DNA of 64,000 bases, from NCBI GenBank assembly GCA_038245785.1, contig JBBRSB010000006.1, forward strand, positions 1-64,000, written 5' to 3'. Origin of the DNA: Gloeobacterales cyanobacterium (GTDB lineage: Bacteria > Cyanobacteriota > Cyanobacteriia > Gloeobacterales > PMM-0068). Each line of letters opens with the position of its first letter. The stretch's first letter is position 1. Below are positions 10,057-20,415 of the stretch, piece after piece. Position numbers and translations under genes: made by a program. The notes under the pieces were generated by a model. The model had not been told where the DNA came from and searched no databases. It was given only the letters and a program-made list of their open reading frames with translations.

Positions 10057-10986
10057 CTATTTCAGCAATTTTGGTGGTTGCGGGAGTCGGGTGGGGGCTC
10101 CTTTAACACCTCGGATGGAGCGGCTGGAGATGGATTGGAACTTCATCGCCGTCTTATAGGTCTTGGCATCAAACTGGAGTATAGCCGTAGGATTTTTGGC
10201 GGTCCATTCTTTTTTCTTACGCTGCCACAGCTCAAAATGGAGCAGAGATCCGCCTGCTGGTCCCGTATCACCGACTAAGCCAATTTTTTCACCTTGGACG
10301 ACAAAGGTTCCGGGACGAACCAGAACTTTTTCCAGATGACCGTAGCGGGTCCGGCGGTCATTGCCATGGCCCAAGACAACTCCATTGCCCAGGTTGCCCA
10401 TTACACCCGCTTTCAGGACACTCCCAGAGAAGGCTGCAAGCACAGGAGTGCCCTTGGGAGCAGAGATGCCTACTCCTCGATAGAGACTTGGGACTCCTGA
10501 TACGGGATGGGCTCTTAGACCATAGGGAATGCTGACGGGGAAGGCCTGATTAAACGGGTAGAGTATCTTTTCGTTGGCAATTGAAGGGTCTGCCGTATTT
10601 CCAAGAATTGGGAAGCTATCATTTTTCCCTAAGGTAATTCGACGCCCAGAAGCAGCGTCATCAATCACAAGGCCAGACACAGGCATGGTTGAAAATGTTT
10701 TTTCGCCCATAAGAGAGGTATTTGCTGGCGTGGGCTGCGTATGAGCTTGGTTAGAGGTCCAAATACCCTCTGCATTTTGAGTCAGGCTTGGGATAACTAC
10801 CGCCGCATCAAATTCTCCATTAGCCGGGTCCTGACGCGTTTTCGCACGTTCTAAAAAAGGAGATTCTGCCCATACAGGCTGGATATTGACCACGAGCAGG
10901 GAAAAAATCAAAACATTACGAGGGCAGAGAAGATTCATAAATAGACAAACGCTAAGGCTCTTCCAGGCTAGGAGGTCTTTACCCAT
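10057..10986 (-). CDS. M23/LytM-domain protein, probably catalytically inactive (true start may be downstream)
   Basis: GTPVLAA, TRYGHL, GEKIGLVGDTG and LHFE; signal-peptide-like N-terminus; Zn ligands altered. Confidence 0.85.
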   Translation of the reverse strand: MGKDLLAWKSLSVCLFMNLLCPRNVLIFSLLVVNIQPVWAESPFLERAKTRQDPANGEFDAAVVIPSLTQNAEGIWTSNQAHTQPTPANTSLMGEKTFSTMPVSGLVIDDAASGRRITLGKNDSFPILGNTADPSIANEKILYPFNQAFPVSIPYGLRAHPVSGVPSLYRGVGISAPKGTPVLAAFSGSVLKAGVMGNLGNGVVLGHGNDRRTRYGHLEKVLVRPGTFVVQGEKIGLVGDTGPAGGSLLHFELWQRKKKEWTAKNPTAILQFDAKTYKTAMKFQSISSRSIRGVKGAPTRLPQPPKLLK

Positions 10987-11119
10987 TTGTCAGCCTCCGA
11001 CAAAACAACGCAAGAGATCAGACTAAGCAAAATGCTCAGCGAGGAAAACGGCTTATCTTTGGGATAAGGAGCGATTATTTCTTGATGATTATTTCGGGCT
11101 GGCCGGGTAGCTTGTACCT

Positions 11120-11581
11120 ATGGGAAACCCTATTGCTCTGATCTTTCAAGCGGCGAATATCGCCGTCTTGCCCTTTTGGACCTTGATGATTGTGTTACCC
11201 AATTGGAAATTTACGCGTTGGGTCATGCAGTCTCTTCTCCCCTATGCCCTTTTGGCAGGGGTCTATCTATATTTACTCTCAGGAGCGCTCACGCCCGAAT
11301 CGATCAAAGTATTTTCCAATCCCCAATTAAGCACGCTGGCTAAACTTTTTAGTCAGGAGCGCATCGCAGCCTTTGCTTGGATTCACTTTCTGATCATGGA
11401 CCTGTTTGCGGGCCGTTGGATTTACTGGAAAGGACAACGAACTGGCATCTGGACGGTTCATTCTTTGATTCTTTGTCTGTTTGCTGGTCCCTTAGGACTA
11501 CTCTCCCATGCCTTAACTCAGTGGCTTACAGAAACTTTTGATCCGCAGGGAAAGCCCATTTATCGAGAAGGGGACAAATAA
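11120..11581 (+). CDS. ABA4-like (DUF4281) membrane protein
   Basis: LPFWxLMIxLPxW, WIHFLxxDLFAGRWI and GPLGLLSH motifs. Confidence 0.88.
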   Translation: MGNPIALIFQAANIAVLPFWTLMIVLPNWKFTRWVMQSLLPYALLAGVYLYLLSGALTPESIKVFSNPQLSTLAKLFSQERIAAFAWIHFLIMDLFAGRWIYWKGQRTGIWTVHSLILCLFAGPLGLLSHALTQWLTETFDPQGKPIYREGDK

Positions 11582-11632
11582 AAAGGCTTCAGCAGCCTAG
11601 TAAAATCTAAAAGCGTTCCAGGCTATATCTCT

Positions 11633-12202
11633 ATGTATCCAAAATTTATCGAGCAAGAAGAACATCGTTTGTTGCATTTGATCCGTGAACGGGCCTATCG
11701 TACGGGAGATTTCACTCTTTCCTCCGGTCAGACCAGCAAGTATTACATCGATGTCAAACAAGTTTCTTTGGACCCAGAGGGCGCCTGGTTGATTGGAACA
11801 CTGCTTTTCAATCTACTTCCCAAAGACACGGTGGCCATCGGAGGGTTGACGATGGGAGCGGACCCCTTAGCCACAGCAGTTTCTATGGTTTCCTATCTCA
11901 AAGAAAAGCCGATGAATGCCTTTCTCATTCGAAAGGAGCCCAAAGGCTACGGCAAAAATGCCCAAGTGGAAAGTCCACCCATTCCGGAAGGAAGCGGGGT
12001 GATCATTTTAGAAGATGTGGTCACGACGGGTGGTTCTGCCTTAAAAGCCGTGGACGCAGTGCGCAATATGGGCTGGAAAGTCTTAGGTATCCTAGCCGTA
12101 GTAGACCGAGAACAGGGAGGCGAAGAGCTCTATCACGCAGCCAATATTCCCTTCCGTGCCTTGTTTAGCATTTCCGAAATTCAAGCGGACCCTCACCCCT
12201 AG
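11633..12202 (+). CDS. pyrE: Orotate phosphoribosyltransferase
   Basis: GDFTLSSGQTSKYYID, IRKEPKGYG, ILEDVVTTGGS PRPP motif. Confidence 0.96.
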   Translation: MYPKFIEQEEHRLLHLIRERAYRTGDFTLSSGQTSKYYIDVKQVSLDPEGAWLIGTLLFNLLPKDTVAIGGLTMGADPLATAVSMVSYLKEKPMNAFLIRKEPKGYGKNAQVESPPIPEGSGVIILEDVVTTGGSALKAVDAVRNMGWKVLGILAVVDREQGGEELYHAANIPFRALFSISEIQADPHP

Positions 12203-12237
12203 CCCCTCTCCTGCGGGAGAGGGGCTAGGGGTGAGGG
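12190..12237. repeat. Perfect 22-bp-arm REP-like palindrome between convergent genes
   Basis: CCCTCACCCCTAGCCCCTCTCC-TGCG-GGAGAGGGGCTAGGGGTGAGGG; arms are exact reverse complements. Confidence 0.9.
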
Positions 12238-12239
12238 CT

Positions 12240-12611
12240 CTAGGTCAGAAAATTCTTGAGCTTCTGGAGAAACAAGGTTTGGGCTAATGCTAGCGGCAAT
12301 AAGGTGACTCCTTGAGCTTGCTGCTGAAACCAACCATCGTCCCAGCGCCAAAGACTCGTTCCATCGATAGCACCCCAGAGCGTGCATTCCATCGAGTCAT
12401 CCGAAAGATGAACGATCCGATGACCAATTTCCATCGGGCCTGTGAACGAAGAAAAGACCATCCCTTCTTCTAAGGTATTTTGCTCCGTGGGGAACCGCTG
12501 GGGAGTGGCCCATTGTCGGACCTTATCCATATTCGTAAGGGCCTCTTTGATCTGGCCTTTCTGGGCGGGGACCCTAAGGCGTAGGGCATGGGTTTGAAAT
12601 GTTCCGAGCAT
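12240..12611 (-). CDS. Conserved cyanobacterial hypothetical protein
   Basis: 123-aa ORF; its start overlaps the CRR6 stop (TAATG coupling). Confidence 0.75.
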   Translation of the reverse strand: MLGTFQTHALRLRVPAQKGQIKEALTNMDKVRQWATPQRFPTEQNTLEEGMVFSSFTGPMEIGHRIVHLSDDSMECTLWGAIDGTSLWRWDDGWFQQQAQGVTLLPLALAQTLFLQKLKNFLT

Positions 12612-13075
12612 TACAGCAACTCAAAAAATTGGGGATCGAGGGTATAGCCTAGAGTCTGCGCTAAATTACGCAGTTCTGAGCGATTCTCTATTCCTCTATG
12701 GTGCAACCAAAGCCCAACGCTGAAAACCTTATGCATCACAAAAAGTTCTAAAGCTTCTGGGTTAAAGACCAATCCTTCTTTAGTGAACTGGTGAGGGACC
12801 AGCATCGCGGCATAACGAGTCAACTCTCCAGCCCGCCAGTCCAAAAAATAGGGCAACCAGGGATAGTGAGCATCTAAACGAATAAACCAAAGGCGAATTT
12901 CTGGGATTTCTGGCAATTCGCGAGGATCTTCCGGGGCTCTGGGATATTCAATGTCAAAGCGTAAAGTGCGCACCCCTTTTAGGGGTTCTGCCTCTAGAGG
13001 TTCGATCAGTTGACTAACAGCGGTGAGGTCCAAATGCTCAATCATTTTTTGGTCTACAACAATTTGTTGAGGCAT
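12611..13075 (-). CDS. crr6: CRR6-family NDH-1 (NdhI) maturation factor
   Basis: DPRELPEIPEIRLWFIRLDAxYPWLPYFLDWRAGELTRYAAMLVPH motif. Confidence 0.92.
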   Translation of the reverse strand: MPQQIVVDQKMIEHLDLTAVSQLIEPLEAEPLKGVRTLRFDIEYPRAPEDPRELPEIPEIRLWFIRLDAHYPWLPYFLDWRAGELTRYAAMLVPHQFTKEGLVFNPEALELFVMHKVFSVGLWLHHRGIENRSELRNLAQTLGYTLDPQFFELL

Positions 13076-13194
13076 AAAACATACACAGAGCTACCTACAG
13101 AGTAGTGCAAGAAGGATGGACAAGACTTGCTATATAAGCAACGTAATAACGCCTGAACAACAGCTAGGATTGCATCTGTCACAGATTCGTTCCT

Positions 13195-14244
13195 ATGCCA
13201 GACTCCAAGCGCGAAAAATTTAAACAGCTGCGTTTTCAGCTACGGATAAGCTTTGCGGTGATCTTTGGAGTCATTGTCTTTGGGACTACGGGCTACATGG
13301 TCATCAGCCGCTGGGACTTCCTGGATAGCCTCTTCATGACTGTCATTACCTTGGCTTCGGTAGGCTATGGCGAAACCAGACCTCTTGATACTCCTGGTCG
13401 AATTTTCACGATCGTGCTGATCTTGCTAGGCGTAGCCGCACTGGGCAACTTGCTGAACCAGCTAGCCAGAGGAGTCGCAGAAGGGTATTTTCAAGAAGGG
13501 CTTCAAGGGCGACGCAGGTTTAAGATGCTTTCCAAAATAGAAAACCATTACATCGTCTGTGGCTATGGGCGCATTGGTCAGCAGGTATGCCGAGATTTTG
13601 TCGATGAGGGGGCAGCTTTTGTGATTCTGGAAAAGGATCCAGACCTCGTGCGCAAAGCAGAACAGGATGGATTCTTAGCGCTTCCAGGGGATGCCAGTTC
13701 TGATGAGATGTTGCTGGAAGCTGGGATTGAGCGTGCTCGGTGTGTACTTTCGGCGCTGCCTTCCGATGCGGAAAATCTTTATGTGGTTCTATCTGCAAAA
13801 ATCTTAAATCCCAAAATCTTAACAATTGCGCGGGCGAGTTCCGACGAAGGAGCACTCAAGCTAGAACGAGTGGGCGCAGATAAAGTGGTATCGCCCTATG
13901 TCACGGGAGCAAAACGGATGGCTGCCCTAGCCCTCCGCCCTCAAGTCATAGACCTGATGGAAACCATATCGATTGGGGGTAGCCAAGCCTACATTGAAGA
14001 ACTGCTTTTACCCAAAGAAGCTAAAGAATCCACCTGTCCCTATCTTCATAAGACCCTCAAAGAGGCAGAGCTTAGAAGCAAGTCTGGGGCTTTGGTGTTG
14101 GCTATTCGTAGAGAATCTGGAGAATTTTTTGGTAACCCTACGGCGGATACCCGTCTAGAGCCAGGAGACCTGATGATTTGTATGGGAACTGGAGAACAAC
14201 TACGCAAACTAGCTCAGATCATCTTGCCTGCAAACTTGATCTGA
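13195..14244 (+). CDS. Potassium channel protein with TrkA-N/TrkA-C (RCK) domains
   Basis: Two TM helices, SVGYGE selectivity filter, CGYGRIG Rossmann motif, C-terminal RCK_C. Confidence 0.92.
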   Translation: MPDSKREKFKQLRFQLRISFAVIFGVIVFGTTGYMVISRWDFLDSLFMTVITLASVGYGETRPLDTPGRIFTIVLILLGVAALGNLLNQLARGVAEGYFQEGLQGRRRFKMLSKIENHYIVCGYGRIGQQVCRDFVDEGAAFVILEKDPDLVRKAEQDGFLALPGDASSDEMLLEAGIERARCVLSALPSDAENLYVVLSAKILNPKILTIARASSDEGALKLERVGADKVVSPYVTGAKRMAALALRPQVIDLMETISIGGSQAYIEELLLPKEAKESTCPYLHKTLKEAELRSKSGALVLAIRRESGEFFGNPTADTRLEPGDLMICMGTGEQLRKLAQIILPANLI

Positions 14245-16013
14245 GGTCGATAGCCCCAAGAACGAGGCAAACGGACCGTAAAAATAGAACCCTTATTCGG
14301 TTCACTCGTAACCGTCACTTCTCCCCCCATCATTTGACAGAAACGCTGGCTGAGGGCCAATCCTAAGCCTGTACCACCATACTTACGGGTGGTAGAAACG
14401 TCTGCCTGCGTAAAAGCCTGGAAGAGGTGTTGAATTTGTTCCGAAGTCATCCCGATCCCCGTATCTACCACCTCAAACTCAATCCAAGGAGCAGAGGGAC
14501 TCGAACTGCTCACGGTCAGCGTAATTAAGCCCTTTTGAGTGAATTTAGCAGCATTACTCAAAAGATTAAAGAGCACCTGACGGAGCTTAGTCATATCGGT
14601 CTGAACATTTCCTATATCCTGAGGGCAATTTACCTGCAAGATATTCTCGTTTTGTTTCACCAACGGCTGGATGGTAGTGACGACCTCTTCCACAATATAG
14701 GGGAGATCAAAAGTTTCCAAATAGAGGTCCATCTTGCCTGCCTCAATTTTGGAGAGGTCAAGCATATCGCTGATGATCGCAAGCAGGTGCTTACCTGCGG
14801 TATGAATCGTCTTTAAATCGGAGCTGAACTCTTGCTGCCCTATATCCTGCAGTTCACCCTGCAGCATTTCGCTATACCCAAGAATGGCATTGAGCGGGGT
14901 ACGCAACTCATGACTCATATTCGTAAGAAAAGCACTTTTTGCTAAGTTGGCCGATTCGGCATCTTCTTTAGCTTTTTGCAGCTCTGCCTCTGCCTGTTTT
15001 CGCTCCGTGATGTCACGCCAGACCGCTAACCAGCCACTGGGCCGACTGCGTCGATTATTCAGCGGCAAAATGCGCAAGTCATAGTAAAACCCTTCTAAAA
15101 CAATCTCCGTAGTGGTTTCTGAAGGGTTCCGGAAATACTTAACTAAACTAGGCCATTGAGATAGAGCCTCTGTGGCAGGTTGACCAAGGATTTTCGAAGG
15201 CTTGCAGTGCAAAGTCGACTGGGCTGCAGGATTGAGATCTACCACACGCCCTTGGATGTCCATGACAAGGACACCATCTCCAATGCTCTCAATGATCGTA
15301 TCCCGCGCCACAGGCAGAATATCTAATAACCGGAAACGAAATATCGCCCAGGTCGTCATCGCCCCAGTAAAACTAAACAATATGGGCGTTATATCTAAAT
15401 AGGGATATGGGCTGGAGCCCGAGATAAATAGGGCATTACCTACAAAAGGAGTTATACCTCCCAAGAACAGTAAGCCAGCCTGTCCGCGATAAATTTGGGA
15501 GCTACGAATCATGGACTGACCGAACAATATCAATCCATAAACATAAACTCCGTAGGAATACAAAGTATGGATCCAAAATCCGAGACCAAAGCTCATTTCC
15601 ATCATGGAATAGGAGCCAAAAGAGTGCAAACGGTTAGCCGTCCAAATGAGCCCATGCCATTCATTAGTCCATACAAGAAGCAAAGTGATTAAGGGAATAA
15701 TCATCAGAAGGAGAACTTTGGGCCTAGTTAGCCACTTCTCCCTTCCTGTGAACCATAGGGCAAAAATAAACCAAATGACAGGGCTACTGATAATGCCAAA
15801 ATACTGAACCTTAGCAGCAAGGATCTTAAGCGGTAGGGTTGTTACAAGCAATTCCCAGCCGTACCCCAAGGTCCATTCAAGAACCACTAATAAAAATAAT
15901 AGAACCCAAAGAGCAAGACTAGCCGTGGCACGTCGCTGCCATGTGAAGAATATGGAGACCGTCAGTAGCATAACGGCCAGGATAATAGGAGTTAAATAAG
16001 GATTAAACTGCAT
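14214..16013 (-). CDS. Sensor histidine kinase (HisKA_7TM + PAS + HisKA + HATPase)
   Basis: About 7 N-terminal TM helices, PAS (DITERK), [12 protein letters not shown]-box, NAAKFT, DTGIG, GGTGLGL; no receiver domain. Confidence 0.93.
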   Translation of the reverse strand: MQFNPYLTPIILAVMLLTVSIFFTWQRRATASLALWVLLFLLVVLEWTLGYGWELLVTTLPLKILAAKVQYFGIISSPVIWFIFALWFTGREKWLTRPKVLLLMIIPLITLLLVWTNEWHGLIWTANRLHSFGSYSMMEMSFGLGFWIHTLYSYGVYVYGLILFGQSMIRSSQIYRGQAGLLFLGGITPFVGNALFISGSSPYPYLDITPILFSFTGAMTTWAIFRFRLLDILPVARDTIIESIGDGVLVMDIQGRVVDLNPAAQSTLHCKPSKILGQPATEALSQWPSLVKYFRNPSETTTEIVLEGFYYDLRILPLNNRRSRPSGWLAVWRDITERKQAEAELQKAKEDAESANLAKSAFLTNMSHELRTPLNAILGYSEMLQGELQDIGQQEFSSDLKTIHTAGKHLLAIISDMLDLSKIEAGKMDLYLETFDLPYIVEEVVTTIQPLVKQNENILQVNCPQDIGNVQTDMTKLRQVLFNLLSNAAKFTQKGLITLTVSSSSPSAPWIEFEVVDTGIGMTSEQIQHLFQAFTQADVSTTRKYGGTGLGLALSQRFCQMMGGEVTVTSEPNKGSIFTVRLPRSWGYRPQIKFAGKMI

Positions 16014-16385
16014 ACAACATTTACAATTCCCGTCTCATATCACTTCTACCAAGGATTCCCTGATTTTGCACTGCATGGGAGAACTTTTCTCTTCAGTAGG
16101 AAGGGAACATGAAGGAACAGTACTTTAGTTATCCTATGTTGGCTCTAAGCCAGAATAAACGATAACAAGAATTTCCAAGGTATTCTAACGCTCATCATCG
16201 TATTTGAACACTGATCAGAGGTGCCTCTCAAGTTTCCATGCACATCCGTCGAACATATTAAGCGATCTCCCTCCTTATCATTTTATAGCCTGTCTGGTGA
16301 GCCATATGAATCGCCCGAGCAGGGATTCCCCTTCCAACTCGCCTGTATAGTGCCAAGTAGAAAATCCATGGTAATTACGATAGAA

Positions 16386-16419
16386 GGCTCGAATGAATCG
16401 GCTGCGACTCATTCGAGCC
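16386..16419 (-). terminator. 15-bp hairpin downstream of the acyltransferase gene
   Basis: Minus strand GGCTCGAATGAGTCG-CAGC-CGATTCATTCGAGCC (one G-U pair); weak U-tract. Confidence 0.5.
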
Positions 16420-16454
16420 AGTGTCCCAAATCAATAGGGTGTCTTACAGACTGA

Positions 16455-17381
16455 CTACAAAGTCAGTCCCTCCGTTTTATTCCCCCACTCGTTCGCACTC
16501 CCTTCTAAGCTCGGAATTTGCCCCCACTGGTTGGCTAAAGAAGCAACAACTTCTTGCAATTCCGCCGTCAGTTGATGCGCTGTAGCGACTTCTTTCTGTT
16601 TAGAAGCAAGGACTTTATCGTGCGAATAATTGCGATAAGGATCGATGGGAGCGCCAAAGATGACGCACAATTTTAGGCGCTTTAGCCGCTTCCAGTCAAA
16701 CAAACGAGGAAATAGCCGATCAGCAGGGTAAATCGTATAGGCCCCAATGATTCGAACAGGAATCAAAGGAGCACCTGTAGTTAGAGCCAGCTTCGCCGGA
16801 CCACGCATGAAGGGTAAGATTTGCCCTGTCCGCGTGCGCGTGCCTTCTGGATGAATAAGTAGTGGTCGAGCACTCTTTAGCGTCTGAACTCCAGCACGGA
16901 GAGTAGGACGAGCATAGCCATCACGATCAATGGGAATAGCACAGGCCCATTTAGCAAGTATGCTCCAAAATGGGTGAGCAAAATGTTCTTGCTTGCCAAA
17001 ACAACAGAGGCGATGGCGAATAGTTTGAGGTAGACCCATACCAATCCACAAAATGTCAAAATGGGACTCATGATTAGGGCAGAGAATGAACGGCCCTTCG
17101 GTCGGGAGGTTCTCAATACCCTTAAACTCCAGGCACCAGAGGACACGGGAAAGTTTCTCAAACAAATTAATCGCTATTCGGCCGAAAAGTCCCCGATAAG
17201 GTGGAACAAGTTCATTTTTTTTCTCTCCTATAGAATCATCTGAGGTATAGCGGTTGACATTGATAGCACGACTAGCTATTAACTTTACTGGGGCAAAAGA
17301 TTGTGTTTTCATGAAGAAAGAGGTATAGAGTACACATAAAATATAGACCTCAAGCAGATGAAACGAAGGGATATAAAACAA
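16455..17381 (-). CDS. PlsC-like lysophospholipid acyltransferase (likely start ATG at 17312)
   Basis: NHESHFD (HxxxxD) and HPEGTRT motifs. Confidence 0.88.
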   Translation of the reverse strand: MFYIPSFHLLEVYILCVLYTSFFMKTQSFAPVKLIASRAINVNRYTSDDSIGEKKNELVPPYRGLFGRIAINLFEKLSRVLWCLEFKGIENLPTEGPFILCPNHESHFDILWIGMGLPQTIRHRLCCFGKQEHFAHPFWSILAKWACAIPIDRDGYARPTLRAGVQTLKSARPLLIHPEGTRTRTGQILPFMRGPAKLALTTGAPLIPVRIIGAYTIYPADRLFPRLFDWKRLKRLKLCVIFGAPIDPYRNYSHDKVLASKQKEVATAHQLTAELQEVVASLANQWGQIPSLEGSANEWGNKTEGLTL

Positions 17382-17717
17382 TAAAAAAGTTCAAACAGCT
17401 CAACTACTGAGAAAAGGTAAAAGTATCTTCTCGACGACCAAAACAGTAGCCTAGAAGTGAATTATCTATTTGATAAAAATGCTAAAATCCAATTAGCTTG
17501 CTCTGTCAGCCAGATAGTTAGTATCAATAGATACAATTTTGGCAGATCTTTTAAGGGTAAAAATGTCAAACTTTTCTGCGCGCACCTATTTTGATTGCAG
17601 AGATGTTCCCATGACTTTTTGACAAAATCTCCAGCAAGAACTAGGCAGTCTCTATCACGGGAGATCGCAAAAGACAAGAAGAGGAAAACGCTTGAGTATG
17701 CAGGAATGGCTAGACTT

Positions 17718-18947
17718 TTAGCGGGCTAGGCAAAGACCTGCAAGACATTCGCGAAGTATGCCCATAGCCTGGTCTATCTCCTCAGCAGTCACCACCAGAG
17801 GAGGAACAAACCGGACGACTTGGGGACCGGCAGGCACTAAAAGCAATCCCTTGTCTAGAGCACACTGGACTACATCAATGGCAGATATGCTCTTCAGCAC
17901 CAAACCTTGAATCAGTCCCCAGCCCCGAACTTGTTCTATATGCTCCGGGAACTGGGTCTGTAGGGCTTCCAGCTGACTGCGCAACTGAATACCCCGCATA
18001 CGAGCCTGCTCAACCAGATTTTCCTGTTCTAGGGTGCGACACACCGCTAAACCAGCAGCTGTTGCCAAAGGGTTACCGCCAAAAGTACTGGCGTGATCTC
18101 CAGGTTCAAAGAGAGCAAATTCTTTGCGAGCACACAGAGCCCCAATAGGCACCCCGCCCCCTAGAGCCTTAGCCAGGGTAAATAGATCGGGCTCTATGCC
18201 TAAGTTTTCGTAGCCCCACAGTTTGCCTGTTCGGCCCATCCCTACCTGCACTTCATCTAGGATCAGAAGAATTTTTTTCTCCGTACAGAACTCCCGTACC
18301 TGCTGGAAAAAGGCACGCTCTCCCGGCGTAACCCCACCTTCACCCTGTAGGGGTTCCAGGAGGATGGCGACGGTGTCAGGATTGGAGCGAACTGCGCACT
18401 CTACACTGCGAAAATTATTGTAATGAGCGTAAATGAAGCCTGAAACTAACGGCTTGAAGTCTTTTTGATACTTGGGCTGACCTGTGGCAGTAACCGTAGC
18501 CAATGTCCGACCATGAAAACTCTTGTGGGCTGTGAGGATCTTAGGTGTCTTGATTCCTAGAACCCGATGACCATATTTACGGGCTAACTTAATCGCGCCT
18601 TCATTGGCCTCCGCGCCGGAATTACAGAAAAATACCTGGTCCGCGACCGAGCGCTCTGTAATCCACTGGGCTAATTCTCCCTGGTTGGGAATGTAATAAA
18701 GATTCGAGACATGCACGAGCTTATCCATTTGCTCTGTGACGGCTTTGGTCAAGGCGGGATGACTATGCCCCAAGGCACAGGTAGCAATCCCCGCCACGAA
18801 GTCTAGATACTCTCGGCCATCAACATCCCAGACCCGCGCTCCACGACCGCGCTCCAGGGCTATCGGGAAACGCCCATAGGTTCCCATGACAGATTGTTCG
18901 TACTGCTCAAAGACTTTATCGGTAAGAGAGGGGGTAGAGATGGTCAC
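17718..18947 (-). CDS. argD: Acetylornithine aminotransferase
   Basis: YLDFVAGIA, FCNSGAEANE, DEVQVGMGRTG, LAKALGGG, HASTFGGNPL. Confidence 0.95.
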   Translation of the reverse strand: MTISTPSLTDKVFEQYEQSVMGTYGRFPIALERGRGARVWDVDGREYLDFVAGIATCALGHSHPALTKAVTEQMDKLVHVSNLYYIPNQGELAQWITERSVADQVFFCNSGAEANEGAIKLARKYGHRVLGIKTPKILTAHKSFHGRTLATVTATGQPKYQKDFKPLVSGFIYAHYNNFRSVECAVRSNPDTVAILLEPLQGEGGVTPGERAFFQQVREFCTEKKILLILDEVQVGMGRTGKLWGYENLGIEPDLFTLAKALGGGVPIGALCARKEFALFEPGDHASTFGGNPLATAAGLAVCRTLEQENLVEQARMRGIQLRSQLEALQTQFPEHIEQVRGWGLIQGLVLKSISAIDVVQCALDKGLLLVPAGPQVVRFVPPLVVTAEEIDQAMGILRECLAGLCLAR

Positions 18948-18996
18948 AGCTCATACACAAACGATGGGAATCCATCCTATAGTATTTCCCCCTGGT

Positions 18997-19260
18997 TTAA
19001 GTTGTCACTTCCAAGTCATGACAAAAAGATTGCAAGGGTCCCTCAGGATGAATCGCACAGACCAAATGAGGGGAGTGAGCATAGTTGACGCATGCCAAGC
19101 AGAGGGGCAGTACACCGCTCGCTGGCCTAGCTGTAAATCGGCTGGAAGCTTCCCGCCAAGTGGCATCATAGGCTCGATGGGTCATAAACCGCCATCGGTT
19201 GCGGTGCGCCTGAAAATTTTGAAGAATCAGCTGTTGCGTTAATTTAGATAAGCTGTTCAT
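18997..19260 (-). CDS. DUF6464-like small Cys-rich protein
   Basis: CxNYxxSxHLxCAIHPxGP...C motif; start at ATG 19260 preferred over the track's 19368. Confidence 0.65.
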   Translation of the reverse strand: MNSLSKLTQQLILQNFQAHRNRWRFMTHRAYDATWREASSRFTARPASGVLPLCLACVNYAHSPHLVCAIHPEGPLQSFCHDLEVTT

Positions 19261-19488
19261 GGAGGGCCAGCCTAACCAGGGTAGTGTCCTTAGCTTACCG
19301 ATAAAAACCCAATCAAGGGTTCCTAAAGTAACTGAAATTATCTTTTGGCTGACGCTGTGATTACCCACTTGCCTTAGGATTGCGTAGCAGAATGCAAAGT
19401 AAGATTTTTGATAAGCCTGCGCATTTGGGTGTTGTAAGCTTCACAATAGAGAAGCTAGAAAAGAGCTAGAGCAGGGGAGAAGAAAACC

Positions 19489-19875
19489 ATGAAGACATTC
19501 CGAACAGAACGCGTCGGTGAACTGATCAAGCAGGAAGTTTCTGACTTGCTCCTCAGAGGCATTAAAGATATTCGCGTAGGCGCAGGGATGGTGAGCATCA
19601 CCCGCGTAGACGTGCCCCGCGATTTGAGCCAGGCGAGAATTTTTGTCAGCATTTATGGCACTCCAGAAGTGCAAGCACAGGCTATGGCTGGGCTGAACTC
19701 TGCTAGAGGCTACGTTCGTTCTGAGATTGGCAAACGCATCCGCATGCGTCATACGCCGGAAGTGATTTTTGAACAGGATGTTTCTTTAGAACGGGGAGAT
19801 AGGATCCTGGGCCTGCTCAGTCGTCTTCATAAAGACGAGCCCCTGTCTGCCAAAGAGCTACCGGAAGAAGCCTAA
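19489..19875 (+). CDS. rbfA: Ribosome-binding factor A
   Basis: RTERVGELIKQEVS, DLSQARIFVS, RMRHTPEVIF. Confidence 0.96.
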   Translation: MKTFRTERVGELIKQEVSDLLLRGIKDIRVGAGMVSITRVDVPRDLSQARIFVSIYGTPEVQAQAMAGLNSARGYVRSEIGKRIRMRHTPEVIFEQDVSLERGDRILGLLSRLHKDEPLSAKELPEEA

Positions 19876-19969
19876 ACTTCACGGTTTGTTACATTTTCTT
19901 GCTCAAATGACCGTTCTAACGGAATAATCCACTTTTTAAGGGCACAGACAGAGAACCGTTTAGGCGGTT

Positions 19970-20034
19970 TGCTATTATGCTCCCGAATCGTGAACCGTCC
20001 CGAAGCGCAGCAATGCCCTTCTAAGATGGTTCAT
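19970..20034 (+). promoter_or_regulatory. Putative extended -10 promoter and 5' UTR hairpin with GCAA tetraloop
   Basis: TGcTATTAT at 19970-19978; stem GTGAACCGTC/GATGGTTCAT enclosing GAAG/CTTC and GCA-GCAA-TGC. Confidence 0.45.
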
Positions 20035-20068
20035 CAAGGCGCTACGGACCTCGTTAGGAGAACCACTT

Positions 20069-20245
20069 ATGTCTGCGAAGACTCGTCATAGATTGGCCCT
20101 TCTGTTGGGCTTGGGAACAAGTGCCATATTGACAGCCTGTGCTAGTCCTCAGCCCAGCTTAGAGAATGCTAAGAAGTACAATACCCCACCCAAACAAGAG
20201 CAAGCCGCTCCGCCCGTTGCTCCGGCAGAAGCTCCCCCTAAATAA
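20069..20245 (+). CDS. Small lipoprotein (58 aa, not in ORF track)
   Basis: RBS AGGAG 8 nt upstream; MSAKTRHRLALLLGLGTSAILTAC|ASPQPSLENAKKYNTPPKQEQAAPPVAPAEAPPK with lipobox LTAC; followed by a terminator. Confidence 0.8.
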   Translation: MSAKTRHRLALLLGLGTSAILTACASPQPSLENAKKYNTPPKQEQAAPPVAPAEAPPK

Positions 20246-20253
20246 CAGTGAAG

Positions 20254-20274
20254 AACCTGGCCTACCGGGTTTTT
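20254..20274 (+). terminator. Intrinsic terminator after the small lipoprotein gene
   Basis: AACCTGG-CCTA-CCGGGTT followed by a T run. Confidence 0.6.
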
Positions 20275-20415
20275 AGTTTCCATGGACAAAAAGGGGCAGA
20301 ATCGCGCTCATTCTGCCTCTCCACTGTCCGTTTTCAATAACTTATTGCACGTATTAAGTTTGCTGATTACTAAGTAAAACGTTACATTGGAGGCGAAAAG
20401 TGTAAAGTTTTACAA

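Noticed and set aside
19985..20060. Leader hairpin as a known riboswitch (glnA, c-di-GMP, TPP, cobalamin)
   Set aside because: It lacks the conserved sequence elements I recall for those classes; kept only as an unassigned hairpin.
20374..20414. Two GTA-N6-TAC palindromes upstream of petB2 as NtcA boxes
   Set aside because: The spacer is 6 nt, not the 8 nt NtcA requires; they also do not form a proper RpaB/HLR1 direct repeat.
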